From positions 13,206,001 through 13,270,000 of the forward strand of contig OZ281497.1 in NCBI GenBank assembly GCA_965637545.1: 64,000 nt of DNA, given 5' to 3'. This DNA comes from Phallusia mammillata. Its lineage: Eukaryota. Of this stretch, positions 52,201 through 64,000 are shown piece by piece. The position numbers and the translations under genes were made by a program. The notes below the pieces were generated by a model. The model worked only from the letters and a program-made list of their open reading frames with translations. It did not search any database and had not been told where the DNA came from. Numbering within the stretch: the stretch's first letter is position 1; every line of letters starts with the position of its first letter.

Positions 52201-55200
52201 ATAAATTTAGATTCACCCCAGGTATTGTTTGAAGTATGTCCTATTTAACGTTCTTTTTCAAAGAAACGAAGGAGTAAGTAGTGGCATAATGGGGTAAAAC
52301 AAAAAATGAATAGCAAATTCTACAAGCTGTCCAATTTTCATTCAATTCAAACATTGCGAAAAGGGTTACACATTTTAGAGATTAGTTGGTTAAGTTGTGG
52401 TGCTACAGGACAAAACATAACATTTGAGGACTTAGTATGTTTAATAAACTTTGCAAATTTCATATAATTAGCACGTTTTTCAAAAGTTCATTTATTTTAG
52501 GGGGCTAGTTAAGTAAATGTTCAGGCTACAAGGTAAAACACATCAATTGAAACCTACAAATAGCATAGTCCACATACTACCCAAATTTTATCCAATCCTG
52601 ACACTGTTCAAAAAACTGACCCATTTTAGGGGGCTAGTAGGGTAACTAATGGGGTCCGACACACAAACTAATAAAATATGAAACCTCAATGGCTCAATCA
52701 TCAGTACTGCAAAATTTCAGCCCAATCCGCCAATGTTTAAAATTTCGACCACTAGAGGTGTTTTGAACAACAACCGTTAATGTTTCTTACGTCATAGGGT
52801 CGTTAACAACCCCCTAACTGCCATGGCACAAAAATGTTCAGCAAGCAATCCACAAAGTCACAAGCGAGTAACATACAACTGCTTGCCCTTGTAACACTAT
52901 CGAGCAACAGAAATCTTTCGTTTGTGGTGCCCAGTAACATACAAATACAGTTTACACTTTGGGGGCTTGTGGGGTAAATGTTGGGGCTACAGGGTTGAAC
53001 ACACTAATCGACATATAAATGGCATACTCTATAAGCTATCCAAATTTCAGCCAATTCTGACACTGTTTACAAACTCACCCATTTTAGGGGGTAGCGGGGT
53101 AAATACTAGGGTTATTTGGACAAACAAAGTGGGATGCACATCTACATAACTTTATCTACCATCTGTATAAGTTTCAGCCACATCCATCAAACATTTGATG
53201 GAAAAACGAGTCGGACAAACTTTGTCAAGAAAATAACCCATTTTAGGGGGCTAGCGAGGTAAATACTGGGGTTATCAACAAAAACAAAGTGGGATGCACA
53301 TCTACATAACTATATCTACCATCTGTGTAAATTTCAGCCAAATCCATCAAACATTTGATGGAAAAACGAGTCGGACAAACTTTGGGGAGAAGAAAAACAA
53401 ACAAACAATTTGAGTAAAATCAATATGTGTCCCCTTCAGGGAAGGGGACCCATAATTAATATTTAATGTGCAAAAAGCACTGAAATGATTTTTCCTTCTA
53501 TTTGTTCAAAAATCTTACAAACCGTTTTTCCAGTTCCAGGTGGGCCAAACAATACATATGGTTTTTCATAAGCTTCTCCCCTTAAAATGCGAAAAACTGC
53601 TTTCCTCTGTCTATCATTTAATTTTGGGTTATTAAATGATGTATATTTTTGTTTCTGGTTGTTTTTTTGTTTGGAGACTAATTTAAAATTTCCATTATCC
53701 TGCAATGAGATTTAGTTGTTTTTTGTATGTTTTTTTTTAGTTTCTAGGTTTATACATATTAAAAACCCAGGTAAAAATAATAGTACAGACCTGTTTTTGA
53801 AACTGAATATTACAGCATGCCGCAATCTTTTTAACTGTTCCATTTGAAAACAATGAATTTGATGCAAAATGTTGTTTTGCATGCTAAAAATATAGGTTTC
53901 CACTGTAACTTTGACAGGTTTGACATGTGCAATCTTAAAAAGGTAAATTTGCAAAACATTTGTGTAGACCTGGACTGCCAAATGGCATCTTCTGAAAGGA
54001 AGGCGACTAAAATTAAAGGAAACATTGTACTTGACAGCTTCATCAAAATCAATATGCAGTTGTTGATGAAATTTAAGAAACACTTCTTCAGTATCCACGC
54101 AAATATGGTGTATAAAGCCACGATACTCCGGACCTGAAACTGAGGCTGGATCATCAAGTATAAGACTGTCACCTAAAATGAAATGAAATGTTTGCAACAT
54201 CCAACATTTATGCAAAAAGTAATATGTTTATCTAACAAATTGAGTTTTATTGCAAATATAGTTAGTTTTTGTTATGATGCCCTAAAATATTTTTTACCAA
54301 CAGCAAGACATGGTCTTCCATCAGATATGCCCGGAATTACCAGTGACAGAAACTCCCCTTGAATTGTCAAAGTTATATCATGCATTTGCAAAGCATCAAT
54401 CTCCCTCTGTAATGAGATTTCTTCCAAATGCAGCAAGGTTGAAAACTTTGCTTCAAAATATCACTTTGCATTTTATTAAATATGTAAGTAAAAAGGATTG
54501 TGAAAGTGGTGACTGTACTTACCTGCATAGTTGGCAGCAGTAAGTAATTGTTTTAAAACAGGTCGCACAGCAAGGAGGTTTCCACCAGAATCCAAACAGG
54601 TGGTTATAATCTCAGGGACACTGAACTGTGGCAGAAAGGATGGCAAGCTTGTGTTTTGTTCAGAGCTAAATATAAATTGGAATCGGTGCTTTGTGTTAGT
54701 TCTTTGTGTTAAACCGTAGAAAGTAGAAACAACTTACAATCTTGGCTTGTCACCGCATAAAACCCAGGTGGTTTTTTTCATTGACTTCACAGTTGTTTTG
54801 CACTGACTTTTTCTTTGGATTAAATCAATTTCTATTGCCCGCCATGTAAACCTACCTAATATAGCTAAAGGTCATATAAATGAAAGTAATAAAGTTTACT
54901 TATTGTAGCAAAAGGTCCAAAAACTTTTCTTTTTATTCACTTATCAACCCAAAATAATTTTGCAGAAATTCAAAGTCATTCAAACTTTTTTGTGCTATTG
55001 CAAATCACCTTTTAATTATCCTTACTTAACAAAAAAATAAAGAAAAGTTTTTTTCAGGAAATATTTGCTTAAAAGGGAAGTTTTATGCGAGGGTAAGAAG
55101 AACTAATGCACATAAATTGGACTTAAACCGTAATAAAATAATTGAATGTCTGCCTGTCTGGAAATAAATTCCACCACATCACCACAATTTGTGAGGTAGT

Positions 55201-56866
55201 ACATAGTCAGATGATATGCTTTTGACACAAAAGAACCACTTTTGCTGGAAAAAGGATAGTTGTGTTGCAAAATGATCTTCTTAAGTTTGGTGGGTTGTTA
55301 AAGAAGACCATTACTAATTTGGGTTTCTGGCTTGTTAATGTGGTCAAAACAATAACCCTTTAAAAATAACCTACTTGTCATGACAATAGTTTTTGCTCAG
55401 TTTGAAAAGTTGTGTTTGTAAAAGAACCATTTTTAGCCAAATCGATCAGAATTATTCAGCTAAAAACAGATCTTTGTCAAAATGGCTTATTAACCACATA
55501 AATTCTGCAAACTGAATATTCGGTGCATAACTAGTAAGAAGTAGTGACAAGTACAATTATGTGACTCTGTATAACATATTTAAAAAATCATGCTACAGAA
55601 AGAACCAGTTAGTCATATGATGTGTATTTCAAGTGGCTACTTATATTGCATGAATAATATTAGTAATAACTGCCAAAGCTGTTCTTACCAAGTTTACATT
55701 CCATAATGCTACTCATCACTTCATCTCCTCTTCTCGGGCAGTAGTTTTTCTTGCAACTTTTTTTGTCAAAACTTATTTCATTGTTGATAGCTCCTAATTG
55801 AACAACTACATGAAAGCAACAGTAAAGTATAAAATAGGTTTCTTCTCACCTCTGGTAAAGCACCTATCTTCAACACATGTGTATGTCACCACACCAGTGA
55901 TTTCTTTGACACGAAGTGGTTCAACTTTTAGAGCAATACCCCCAGGAACAACCTGTGACTTCACCCAATCCCCAATATTTGGATTGTAACTAAACAAATC
56001 AAAATTTGATACTTCATTTCGAAAACGTATCTATGAAATACAAATACGTATATCTTACTTAGGTACTAGCTCTGATGCTTCAAACTTGATGTCATTTTCA
56101 ATTGTCCCAAAATGTTTTTTATCATGATTGAGTGATGTCAACACTCCAATCAGTGTACCCTGTTCCTCATAATGTGTTGGAATCCTGTCAACAAATTATC
56201 TTATTAAACAACAACCTATTTTTAACCTGTCTTTCTACATAACCTTGCAGCATTATACTAACTTAAACACATTTAGACACAATATCTTCATGTTTACCTG
56301 AAATTGGAATCATCATTTTCATTCCAACCCGCATTATGCTTTAAAGAAACGACAGTAAAAGCTGTCCAACCTCCATCACTGCGGCATTTTTCTGCCTCAA
56401 CATGAACAAGGTCCCCAACAGATGGGCAATCATTGTTATCAAATCCTTTTACATCTGACAATGTTGATACTTTAGTAAATTCAAATTTAAACCATGTATT
56501 TAGGAATGAATAATTTACCTACCCTTCATTGAAAAATAAATGTGGTGGTCCACCAGTCCATACCCATTGCCAAACGCTTTTGTAACTTTTCCATCCACAT
56601 TTTTCCTCTCAGTTTGTTCTTGCTTGATAGTATTGCAGACCACCATGAAAGGTTGATTGTTGTTAACTATCATAATATATTTACATTTTTTGGTAAATAA
56701 AGGCAAAAATGTATGAATGTTTATGTATACCTGGTTCACTATCAAGCTGATTGTACCATTTCAGGAAACTATTTAAGTCTCTATCACTTAAAGATACGTT
56801 ATGTTCTTTTCTTGCTTGTGAGACCGGTTGATTAATTGAAATGACAAAATAAAGTAAGCTTGTCAT
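49227..56866 (-). CDS. MOV10L1: MOV10L1/Armitage-like SF1B RNA helicase (piRNA pathway), multi-exon
   Basis: Three N-terminal OB-like repeats ([38 protein letters not shown]); LPSFLPQF; [10 protein letters not shown]; FGPPGTGKT; CAPSNSAVD; [11 protein letters not shown]; GDPQQLG; NYRSH; [10 protein letters not shown]; [12 protein letters not shown]; last exon [20 protein letters not shown]. The start ATG at 56866 is inferred from frame continuity. Confidence 0.88.
51918..53455 (+). mobile_element. Candidate non-autonomous Helentron/Helitron2-like element in the 1875-bp MOV10L1 intron (51648-53522)
   Basis: Internal tandem units of ~130-160 bp (CCCATTTTAGGGGGCTAG core; near-identical pair 53078/53237). 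Terminal hairpin TATGTGTCCCCTTCAGGGAAGGGGACCCATA at 53424-53454. The 5' boundary is uncertain. Confidence 0.5.
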
Positions 56867-57029
56867 GCTTTGTTTATTTTTTTGTAATATAATTTTGTAA
56901 TTCTGCCCAAATTGAAACACTGACATGCACTTGACGTGTCGTATAAATGATAATTACTTTGGGTGCGTGACTGACGTACTTCGACAGGCTCGTTCGTTCG
57001 GCATACGAGTGAGGGTCGTAACCAAAAAT

Positions 57030-57247
57030 TGCCACTTGCCACTTGCCACGGTTGCCACTCAATCCGGTGGCAAGCAAGAAATTTTTGTGGCAAGTGGCAA
57101 GCGGTGTTGGCAAGTGGCAAGTGTTGGTGGCAAGTCTTGTTGGCAAGTGGCAAGCGTTGTTGGCAAGTGGCAAGCGTTGTTGGCAAGTGGCAAGTATTGT
57201 TGGCAAGTGGCAAGTTTTGTAGACAAGTCTGGTTGGCAAGGGGCAAG
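57030..57247. repeat. TGGCAAG/TTGCCAC minisatellite (~21-bp units)
   Basis: Repeated gttggcaagtggcaag(c/t)g; this array generates the spurious ORFs in 56863-57329. Confidence 0.95.
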
Positions 57248-57474
57248 TAAATGTGTTAAATGTCTCAACGGCAAGAGATGTAAACCTCGATGCCGAGACA
57301 AGCAAATATCCATTCGTGGACGATTATAATGCGAATAAAACTCTCAGATTGAGTTTTGGTGAGGTGAAAAAGAAAAATTCTGCATGCTAATTTTTTTGAT
57401 GAGTATATATAATGTAGATGATTGCGTCTGTCAAATGTATTTGGTTTCTATGACTGGACGTGTTCAAACTCAAA

Positions 57475-57604
57475 GAGACTTGCCACTGAACGTTCAGATC
57501 GGATGAGACTTGCCACTGAACGTTCCGATCGGATGAGACTTGCCACTGAAGGTTCGGTTGCCACTGAAGGTTTGGTTGCCACTGAAGGTTCGGTAGCCAC
57601 TGAA
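57475..57604. repeat. TTGCCACTGAA-cored repeats (30-bp units x2, then 18-bp units x3)
   Basis: gagacttgccactgaacgttc(a/c)gatcggat x2, then ggtt(c/t)ggt(t/a)gccactgaa x3. Confidence 0.9.
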
Positions 57605-59469
57605 TGAAAAGTTCGCTTATTACCGAACGAACAGTTAAACGAACACCTTTTTACTGAACTTAACATCGTCGTTAGTTTGCAACGAATTTGCATGTGTTCA
57701 TGGAATAATCCCGCCATTGTGAATTGGTCAGATTGAAATCGTTGAAAACAACAAGTCTACAAATTTCAATGGCTGAAATTTCTACTTAATTCATAACAAT
57801 TGTGAGCCTGACTTAGCTGACAGTTGAAAATGAGATTAAGAAAATGAGATTAATTCAATCTGTAAAAGGACTTAACCTTGCTTTCAAACATGGAAAAGTA
57901 ATCTCATAAACATTTGATTTTAACCATACAAAAACTCTCTGACATAAAGTCTCACAGGAGCATGAAAATACATGCAAAAGTGGAAATAGACAAACACTCA
58001 GACGATTATGTTCATTGAGACAGCAACATGTAAGTTGGTGAAATGTAATTTTTTTAGCAAGCTATGCCAAACATGTTATGTTACTTTTTTTCCAATTGCT
58101 AATGTTATAGGGAGTCAAGTACTGTGAACACTGTCAATTCCAACTTTTTGTTTGGGACTAATTACATATTTATCACATGTAGTTGTCTTGATACCCATCA
58201 ACGAAGTGGAGAGTTGTCTTTTTAGAGTTAAGACACTTTAATCGTTAGGCCATGTTGAAAAGATAACCCCATGCTGAAAAAGTTGGCTCTGCCTCTGATT
58301 AGCACACAATCCCTTGTGGTGGGTGTGAAGGAATCCCTTAGCAGTTGCTTGGTTGCAAGGACCGTTTTGCCCTATGTTGATGCACAATAAGCTGTTCTTT
58401 TATGACATTTATATCAAGGTTGCTGTACCTGGTATTTAAATACTTGATGCAGAACTTATTCTCGCCATATATGTTTCTGGCCAAGGTTGCTACTTAAAGC
58501 CATGATGCCCACTGGCCATGGCAGCTACTTAAAGCCGTGGTGTCTACTCGCCATGGCTGTCAATTGAAACCATGATGTTGCATTCTAAATCAGACTCAGA
58601 GTGAAAGCAACAATTAATTAGTGACAATTTTTGACTTTTATCTTGCTTAGACTTAAATTTTGTTCTAGTACAAAGGAAACTTACATTGCTCTGTATCTGT
58701 TGTATAATTGCTGGCTCTATTTATCATTTCAGAATTGATGTGTGATTCTCTACGAAGCATATTTTAGTATAAGATTTAAGGACATTTGATTTGCATCACA
58801 ATATTGTTGACCTGCAACTGAACATAACCTGGTCCATGGAATGCAAGCATTACATATATTTCATTGTTTTAGCATATTGTATTGATTGATAATAGTTTTG
58901 TGAATTATTATGGAATTTTACCCTATCCAACATTTATTCATTACACTTGAATGGTTAGCTATTGTGCCATCACTACTCTTTCCATGTTGGATTTTAATGG
59001 TCCTTTTGGCGATCGCCCAAGCATATTTTCTTACGTGGATGTTTAGTTGTTCTGTGATCTATTACCAACTCATAATGTGTTAGCATGTGATACTTTAATG
59101 AAAAATGTTTATAGGTAATAAATTTGTAGTTAAGTGTCGAGCAAGCACTCTCCTCCTCTGGCACACACACAAGCCTATGTGCATTGTCAAGCTTTTTGTT
59201 TGTTACTGCATTATGATATGTTATTTGACAATTACTAGATGGACTTTATATTTCCTCTTAATTATGTTTTTGCAGTAAGGTGACACAGACGTTAACCATA
59301 ATGTTTTTTCTTACTGCTGTTTTGTTAGATGTGCTTACGATTTTGTTCACCTCCTTGAGCAACAGCAAAAGTATAAATGCCCTATTTGCACCCATTTTCT
59401 TTGTTCATGCAAGTTCATCAATAAACAAGATTAATGATTTATTTATGCTTGTAGTGCATCTGCCTAGGA

Positions 59470-59777
59470 CAGGGGATTCCAACCAGGGCCCAGGAGCTGT
59501 ATTTAGGGCAGTCATGGGTGTACGCTTGCTGTAACCACCCACTAAAAGTCAGTGAGCCCTTTTCTATTTTAAAGCTTAGAATTAATTATATGTTGCAAAT
59601 GATTAAATAACCTAATTTAATCGACTATTTTGTGGTTTATGGTCTTTTTAATTTAGTTAAGTTTGTCAAATACATTTTTGCTAGGGGGGCACGAGTCTTA
59701 CTGGGTTACCACTTATGGGTCCCATGAGGCCCAAAAGTGGGGGTGGGGTACAGTGCATGAAAGGTTAAGAACCACTG
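59470..59777. mobile_element. hAT-type MITE (308 bp) nested in the 3.3-kb element
   Basis: CAGGGGATTCCAACC...GGTTAAGAACCACTG with TSD GCCTAGGA/ACCTAGGA (7/8 match). Confidence 0.8.
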
Positions 59778-60175
59778 ACCTAGGAATTTGCCTAAATGTT
59801 CACGAAATGTATTCAAGTATTTTGTATTTATTTATTATAATCCATACTGCAAAAGCCACATTGACAAAGAAAAATAATAATGTTTACAAGGAGCAAAATT
59901 GCAAAAAAACATAAAAAATAAGTTTGATCTTAAAGTTTACATATCACAGTACACACAAATTATGATAACTATATCCAAAAATTTTAGCGTTATACCCAAT
60001 AAAATAATGCCATTTGTGTACACCACTTCTTAGAATATCTCCTTCAAGCCATATCTCATGTGCTCCTGGTAAAGACACCACACTCCACAGCAACTTGCGA
60101 CTTAATAGCTTGTCAACGATCGGGAACAATTTGTATCAATTGATTTACTTTGCACTTGTCACCAAAACCAAACCG

Positions 60176-60290
60176 ACTTGCCACCGAAACCGGTGACAAC
60201 CGAAACACTTGCCACTGAATCGGTGGCAATTGCCACTGAACCGGTGGCAATTGCCACTGAACCGGTGGCAAGTGGCAAGTGGCAATTTTT
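60176..60290. repeat. Right subterminal array of 21-bp palindromic units ATTGCCACTGAACCGGTGGCA
   Basis: About three tandem units next to the right TIR. Confidence 0.9.
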
Positions 60291-61044
60291 GGTTACAACC
60301 CCTGTTGCGGCATACGACATTTCCAGCACAAACTGTTCCGCTTCAAGGCTTGTGTGATGTTATGCGTAATGACACGGTCTGATGATTTTTGGCACAGACA
60401 TCGTAATTTTTGTGCAGGTCAAGTCGTCGCTTGCCAGCTGTGCACTGTGCAGGTACTGGCTACTGGGTAGTTTTTGTAAGGAGTGAGTTGAGTTGAGTTG
60501 AGTTTATTTCGCTTGGTGAAAGACAACATAGCAACACAATTGCACTAAAACAATCACCAAGCCGGAAATAGCTGCGCAACGGAAATAGTGGTGTGAAAAA
60601 ATCACCGCAAACAGAAAAGTGGCGTTGTAAGCCGTCATGGCGAAATATTTGCATTGTTTTGCATTGTAGGGAAACCCTACAACGATAAAAATTAGACAAA
60701 TATGTTTCACAATCGTGAAATTTCTGGATCGTACACCAGACCCAAATTTTTAACCCAAGCGCACAGAAACAAGCAGGCTAACTAATAAAGACAGAAAAAA
60801 ACTGTTTCAAAATATTCATAATGTGCTGTGATGTAACAATGCTAATTTTAACCAAGTGCAATTATTACAAAATTATAGGCGAAGATTTAAAGAATCAATC
60901 AGGTGTGAGCTTTACCATTAGTTAACCATAAGATGACGAATTGACTAACCGAATAGCTGTAATATACTTGCTGACTAAACTGTGTATTTGGTTAAACATT
61001 GCATAGTAAAGTGGGACATACTTAGATTTTATAATGCTTTACAC

Positions 61045-61337
61045 CAGGAGTCGGCAAGGTTTTTGGCGACGCATGCCAATTTACTTTGTTGTTTCCATGT
61101 GTTAATGACTTCGCATGTCAACGTTTTCAAAATAATAGTGGTTCGTGCCAACAGATATCAATAATAAAGAGAAAGCAGAGCGTTTTGTGCATGTAAGTCA
61201 GAATTTTAAGACAGTGGCATGATAAAAAACTATGAGCAAGCAGTGTAACAGGTTAAATTGTTACTTCAATATAAACACTCAAATCGGTTGGCATGCCATG
61301 AAAAACCATCTCGCGTGCCAGGGGTTGCCGACCCTTG
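61045..61337. mobile_element. hAT-type MITE (293 bp) just upstream of CCDC149
   Basis: CAGGAGTCGGCAA...TTGCCGACCCTTG with a perfect 8-bp TSD CTTTACAC. Confidence 0.9.
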
Positions 61338-61471
61338 CTTTACACAATTAGAACTTTTGCTTACCAGGTTGTTTACATAAATGCACAATGACACCTTTAC
61401 AACAGAACTAGATGCAATGTTTTGAGCATTGAAAATTTTGGAATAGTCGATGCAACGCCAGGTAAAAAGAC

Positions 61472-63947
61472 ATGATGTCTGCACAACCTGTTTTGGCCAG
61501 AAGAGAGAGAAGTCATCCAGAATGGCAAGCCATGATCACAGAGGTTAGTTTTGTGTACCATTCATCTATTTTTGAAGCGTTAATCAGTTTGCTACGAATG
61601 TTGCAGTATCAAATTTTGAAGAGAAAATTACAAAGCAAAAGTGAAGCCTTGTTGATAATATCAAAAGATCTTGATGGCGCTCGTCTGGAAAGAGACCAAT
61701 TTAAATTGATGGCTGAAAAACTTCAAGAGAAATGTCAAGTAATGTTAAATATAACTTGAAATTATTGGCCTATTATCTTGAATTTAAAATGTTTGTTTGC
61801 ATACTAAATAAAAAAACGTTACGCCTTAGAGGTGTCCAACTAGCATGCCAATGTTTGGTACGTTTTCCAAACCATGTCTTAATGATACGGGCTCACTCCG
61901 AATAATCTTGTCTTAAACAGTTTGGGTCCAATCTGAATTTTGGCCAATATTTAGAACCCTATTAAATATTTTTAAAAAATTGTCGCCAAATGAGGGTAAC
62001 CTTGTTTATGGTACTCCAGAAACCTTTTATTCTGTTCTACAATACCAGAAACAAATAGTTTGAAATTATGTTTGCCAAAAATTGAAAAATTTAATTAGTG
62101 GGTTGTGTAACTTTATTACTGATAATCTTTACTGAAGTTAAAATAAAAACAATGAAAAATCCATAGAAACAAATGTACTTGGGTGACAAATCCTAATGTT
62201 TACCATCTGAATGTTTGTAAAAGCTTGTGTGCCATTTTCGAATGCTCTGCTTTACGTGCCACATTTGGCATGCATGCCATGCGATGGACACCCCTGGCAT
62301 GGATAGGAATGCTGTTATCATGAAATCGATGCCAATATCCCACAGTTAGAAGTTTTTTTTGCATACATACATGTTTTACATCTTTTTTATTTTACATCAG
62401 GCATTTAAAAGACACCAAGCTGACTTTCCTCTGACATCTGATAAAGCAAAGTTGCTAGTAATGTTAAAAGAAATGAAAAGTCAAAAGTTGCAATATCAAA
62501 AGCAGTGTGAACATTTACAATTGAAGCTAAATGAAGCTGTTGGAGATGTAAAGGTATTTTTTTGTTACTTGACTTTAAAGTCTGCATCATCTAGTACTCA
62601 AAACTACCTTTTTCTCCCAACACAAGTTAATTTGTGAGGAGACAATGATGCCACATGTACCCCTGAAATTTGTTTTTATTTTAGTTATTGCGTGAAAAAT
62701 TTGCAAGACACACAGTTGGCGACGGGGGAATTGGTGCTCGCCACTTTCCGCTGCATGAACGTGAAAAGCTAGTAACTGAACTTGAAGAATCACAACAAGA
62801 GGTGAACATTTATGCTTTATTATGTGAAACGCAATGGTGCCTTATTATGAGTCCTATTGATGACAGTTTAAACTTGTTATTAGATAGGTATGTGTTAATG
62901 GACCAGGCAATGTTTGTTGCTTGAACTAAACAGTTAAACTATAACAAGGCATTTTTTGCTAAATGCACACATTAAAAAGATACAAGATTTTGTATTGGAA
63001 CAAAACATTGTCTTGGGCGAAACCATATTGGTGAAAAATAATTAAGAGCTCCTTATGGCTTTGCAGGTTATTTTAATTAAATAATTTGTTATTGGTGACT
63101 CTTTCATGTGAAGGAGACTAGAATTTGAAAAAAGTGAAAAACAGTGGATAACTTACATTATTTTTATGATTAAAAACATATTACACAAATGCAGCCACAG
63201 ACATTTACAATTACATGTGTGTAAACCATGTTTCTATTTTCTGAAATAATAATAATTTGAAAAGGTTAGTAATGAAGTTTTATTTAACATTTGACTTGGT
63301 TTACCTAAGCTTGAAGAACAAACGCTCGTGCCATTAAAAAAACTGCAAAGCCTGTTTTGGGGTAAAAATGTCTGCAACCAACGTCCACAAGAGCTACACA
63401 AAACTCCAGCAGATAGCGAGATTGCAACTTATTCTATGCAAAGGGAACGACTCCACAGCCATAGAGTGGGCATGTGATGTAGTTAGTTTGCAATGATTGT
63501 TCAAAGCTTGATGCTCCAGTTTGGGTTCTTGAATACTCCCAAAAAACTAGCGTTTGTGGTGCTTAGTGACCAAGGCTGTTTTTGTACTTTGTTATAGTGT
63601 GACCATTGGAAGAAAGAGTTTTTGACCCAGGGTGACGTTTTGTCAGAAGCTATAAGTGAAAAAGATGCAATGCAGAAAAAAGTAGACCGTTTAAATCAAG
63701 AAATGTCATATTTGTTAACGGGAGACAAGAAAAGAATTATTGACATTGATGCATTGTGCATGGAAAACAAGTAAGTGTTTGCATTTAAGTTTGTTGCTTT
63801 TCTTAAACACATTCTTCTATATGTTAATGTTTATTTTTGCCACTTTGTGAAAATACTTTGAATATTTTTGAAAGATATTTGCAAGAAAGAATTACTCAAT
63901 GTCAAGAGGAAAAAAATAGTCTGCATGCCCAGCTGCGCAAATACAAG
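61472..63947 (+). CDS. CCDC149: Coiled-coil domain-containing protein 149, 3'-truncated by the window
   Basis: Exons 61472-61543, 61607-61738, 62401-62553, 62685-62801, 63598-63770, 63875-63947. WQAMITEYQILKRKLQSKSEALLIISKDLD...ERDQFKLMA; GIGARHFPLHERE; RLNQE...RIIDIDALCMENKYLQER match my recollection of CCDC149. Confidence 0.92.
61827..62296. mobile_element. Second, older copy of the 39526 MITE family, in a CCDC149 intron
   Basis: Shared internal blocks (ttgtttatggtactccagaaaccttttatt; attagtgggttgtgtaactttatt; gtgccacatttggca). Ends TAGAGGTGTCCAA...TGGACACCCCTG; no TSD is recognisable. Confidence 0.75.
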
Positions 63948-64000
63948 GTATCTTATCTATTAGAGTTACCAAACACAAAACTTACTGGGAAAAAACACTG

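Larger units (their letters stand above)
57010..60304 (-). mobile_element. 3.3-kb defective TIR DNA transposon with TTGCCAC subterminal arrays
   Basis: Inverted ends GAGGGTCGTAACCAAAAATTGCCACTTGCCACTTGCCAC (57011, +) and CAGGGGTTGTAACCAAAAATTGCCACTTGCCACTTGCCAC (60304, -). Flanking direct repeat CGGCATACGA at 56999-57008 and 60308-60317. Confidence 0.75.

Noticed and set aside
56863-57329. Several 70-143 aa ORFs (LPLAT/WQVAS repeats)
   Set aside because: They are translation artefacts of the TGGCAAG minisatellite, open in multiple frames.
57475-57604. Repeat-spacer-like array suggesting CRISPR
   Set aside because: The inter-repeat segments are themselves copies of each other, the context is eukaryotic, no cas genes are present, and the core matches the transposon subterminal motif.

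Overview
AT-rich, intron-dense eukaryotic DNA with mostly 55-100 bp GT-AG introns. A compact invertebrate genome, probably ascidian/tunicate, is my inference, not something the sequence proves. Five genes: (1) 1-41627 (+), the 3' part of a giant single-pass membrane protein gene whose 5' end is upstream of the window. It has about 60 FN3 domains in super-repeats, a polyproline hinge, about 16-17 divergent SEA-like modules, an RRKR site, one EGF, a TM helix and a ~19-aa tail with a Crumbs-like GxYSP motif. (2) V-ATPase subunit B, 43258-46202 (+), 11 coding exons. (3) Intronless glucosylceramidase, 47184-48737 (+), with a CLEAR-type E-box upstream. (4) MOV10L1/Armitage-like helicase, 56866-49227 (-), apparently lacking the Ig-like domain. 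(5) The 5' part of CCDC149, 61472 to beyond the window (+). Mobile DNA: five hAT-type MITEs (four with 8-bp TSDs), a Helentron-like repeat in a MOV10L1 intron, and a 3.3-kb TIR element with TTGCCAC arrays ~140 bp upstream of the MOV10L1 ATG. All splice models were read by eye; no database searches were run.
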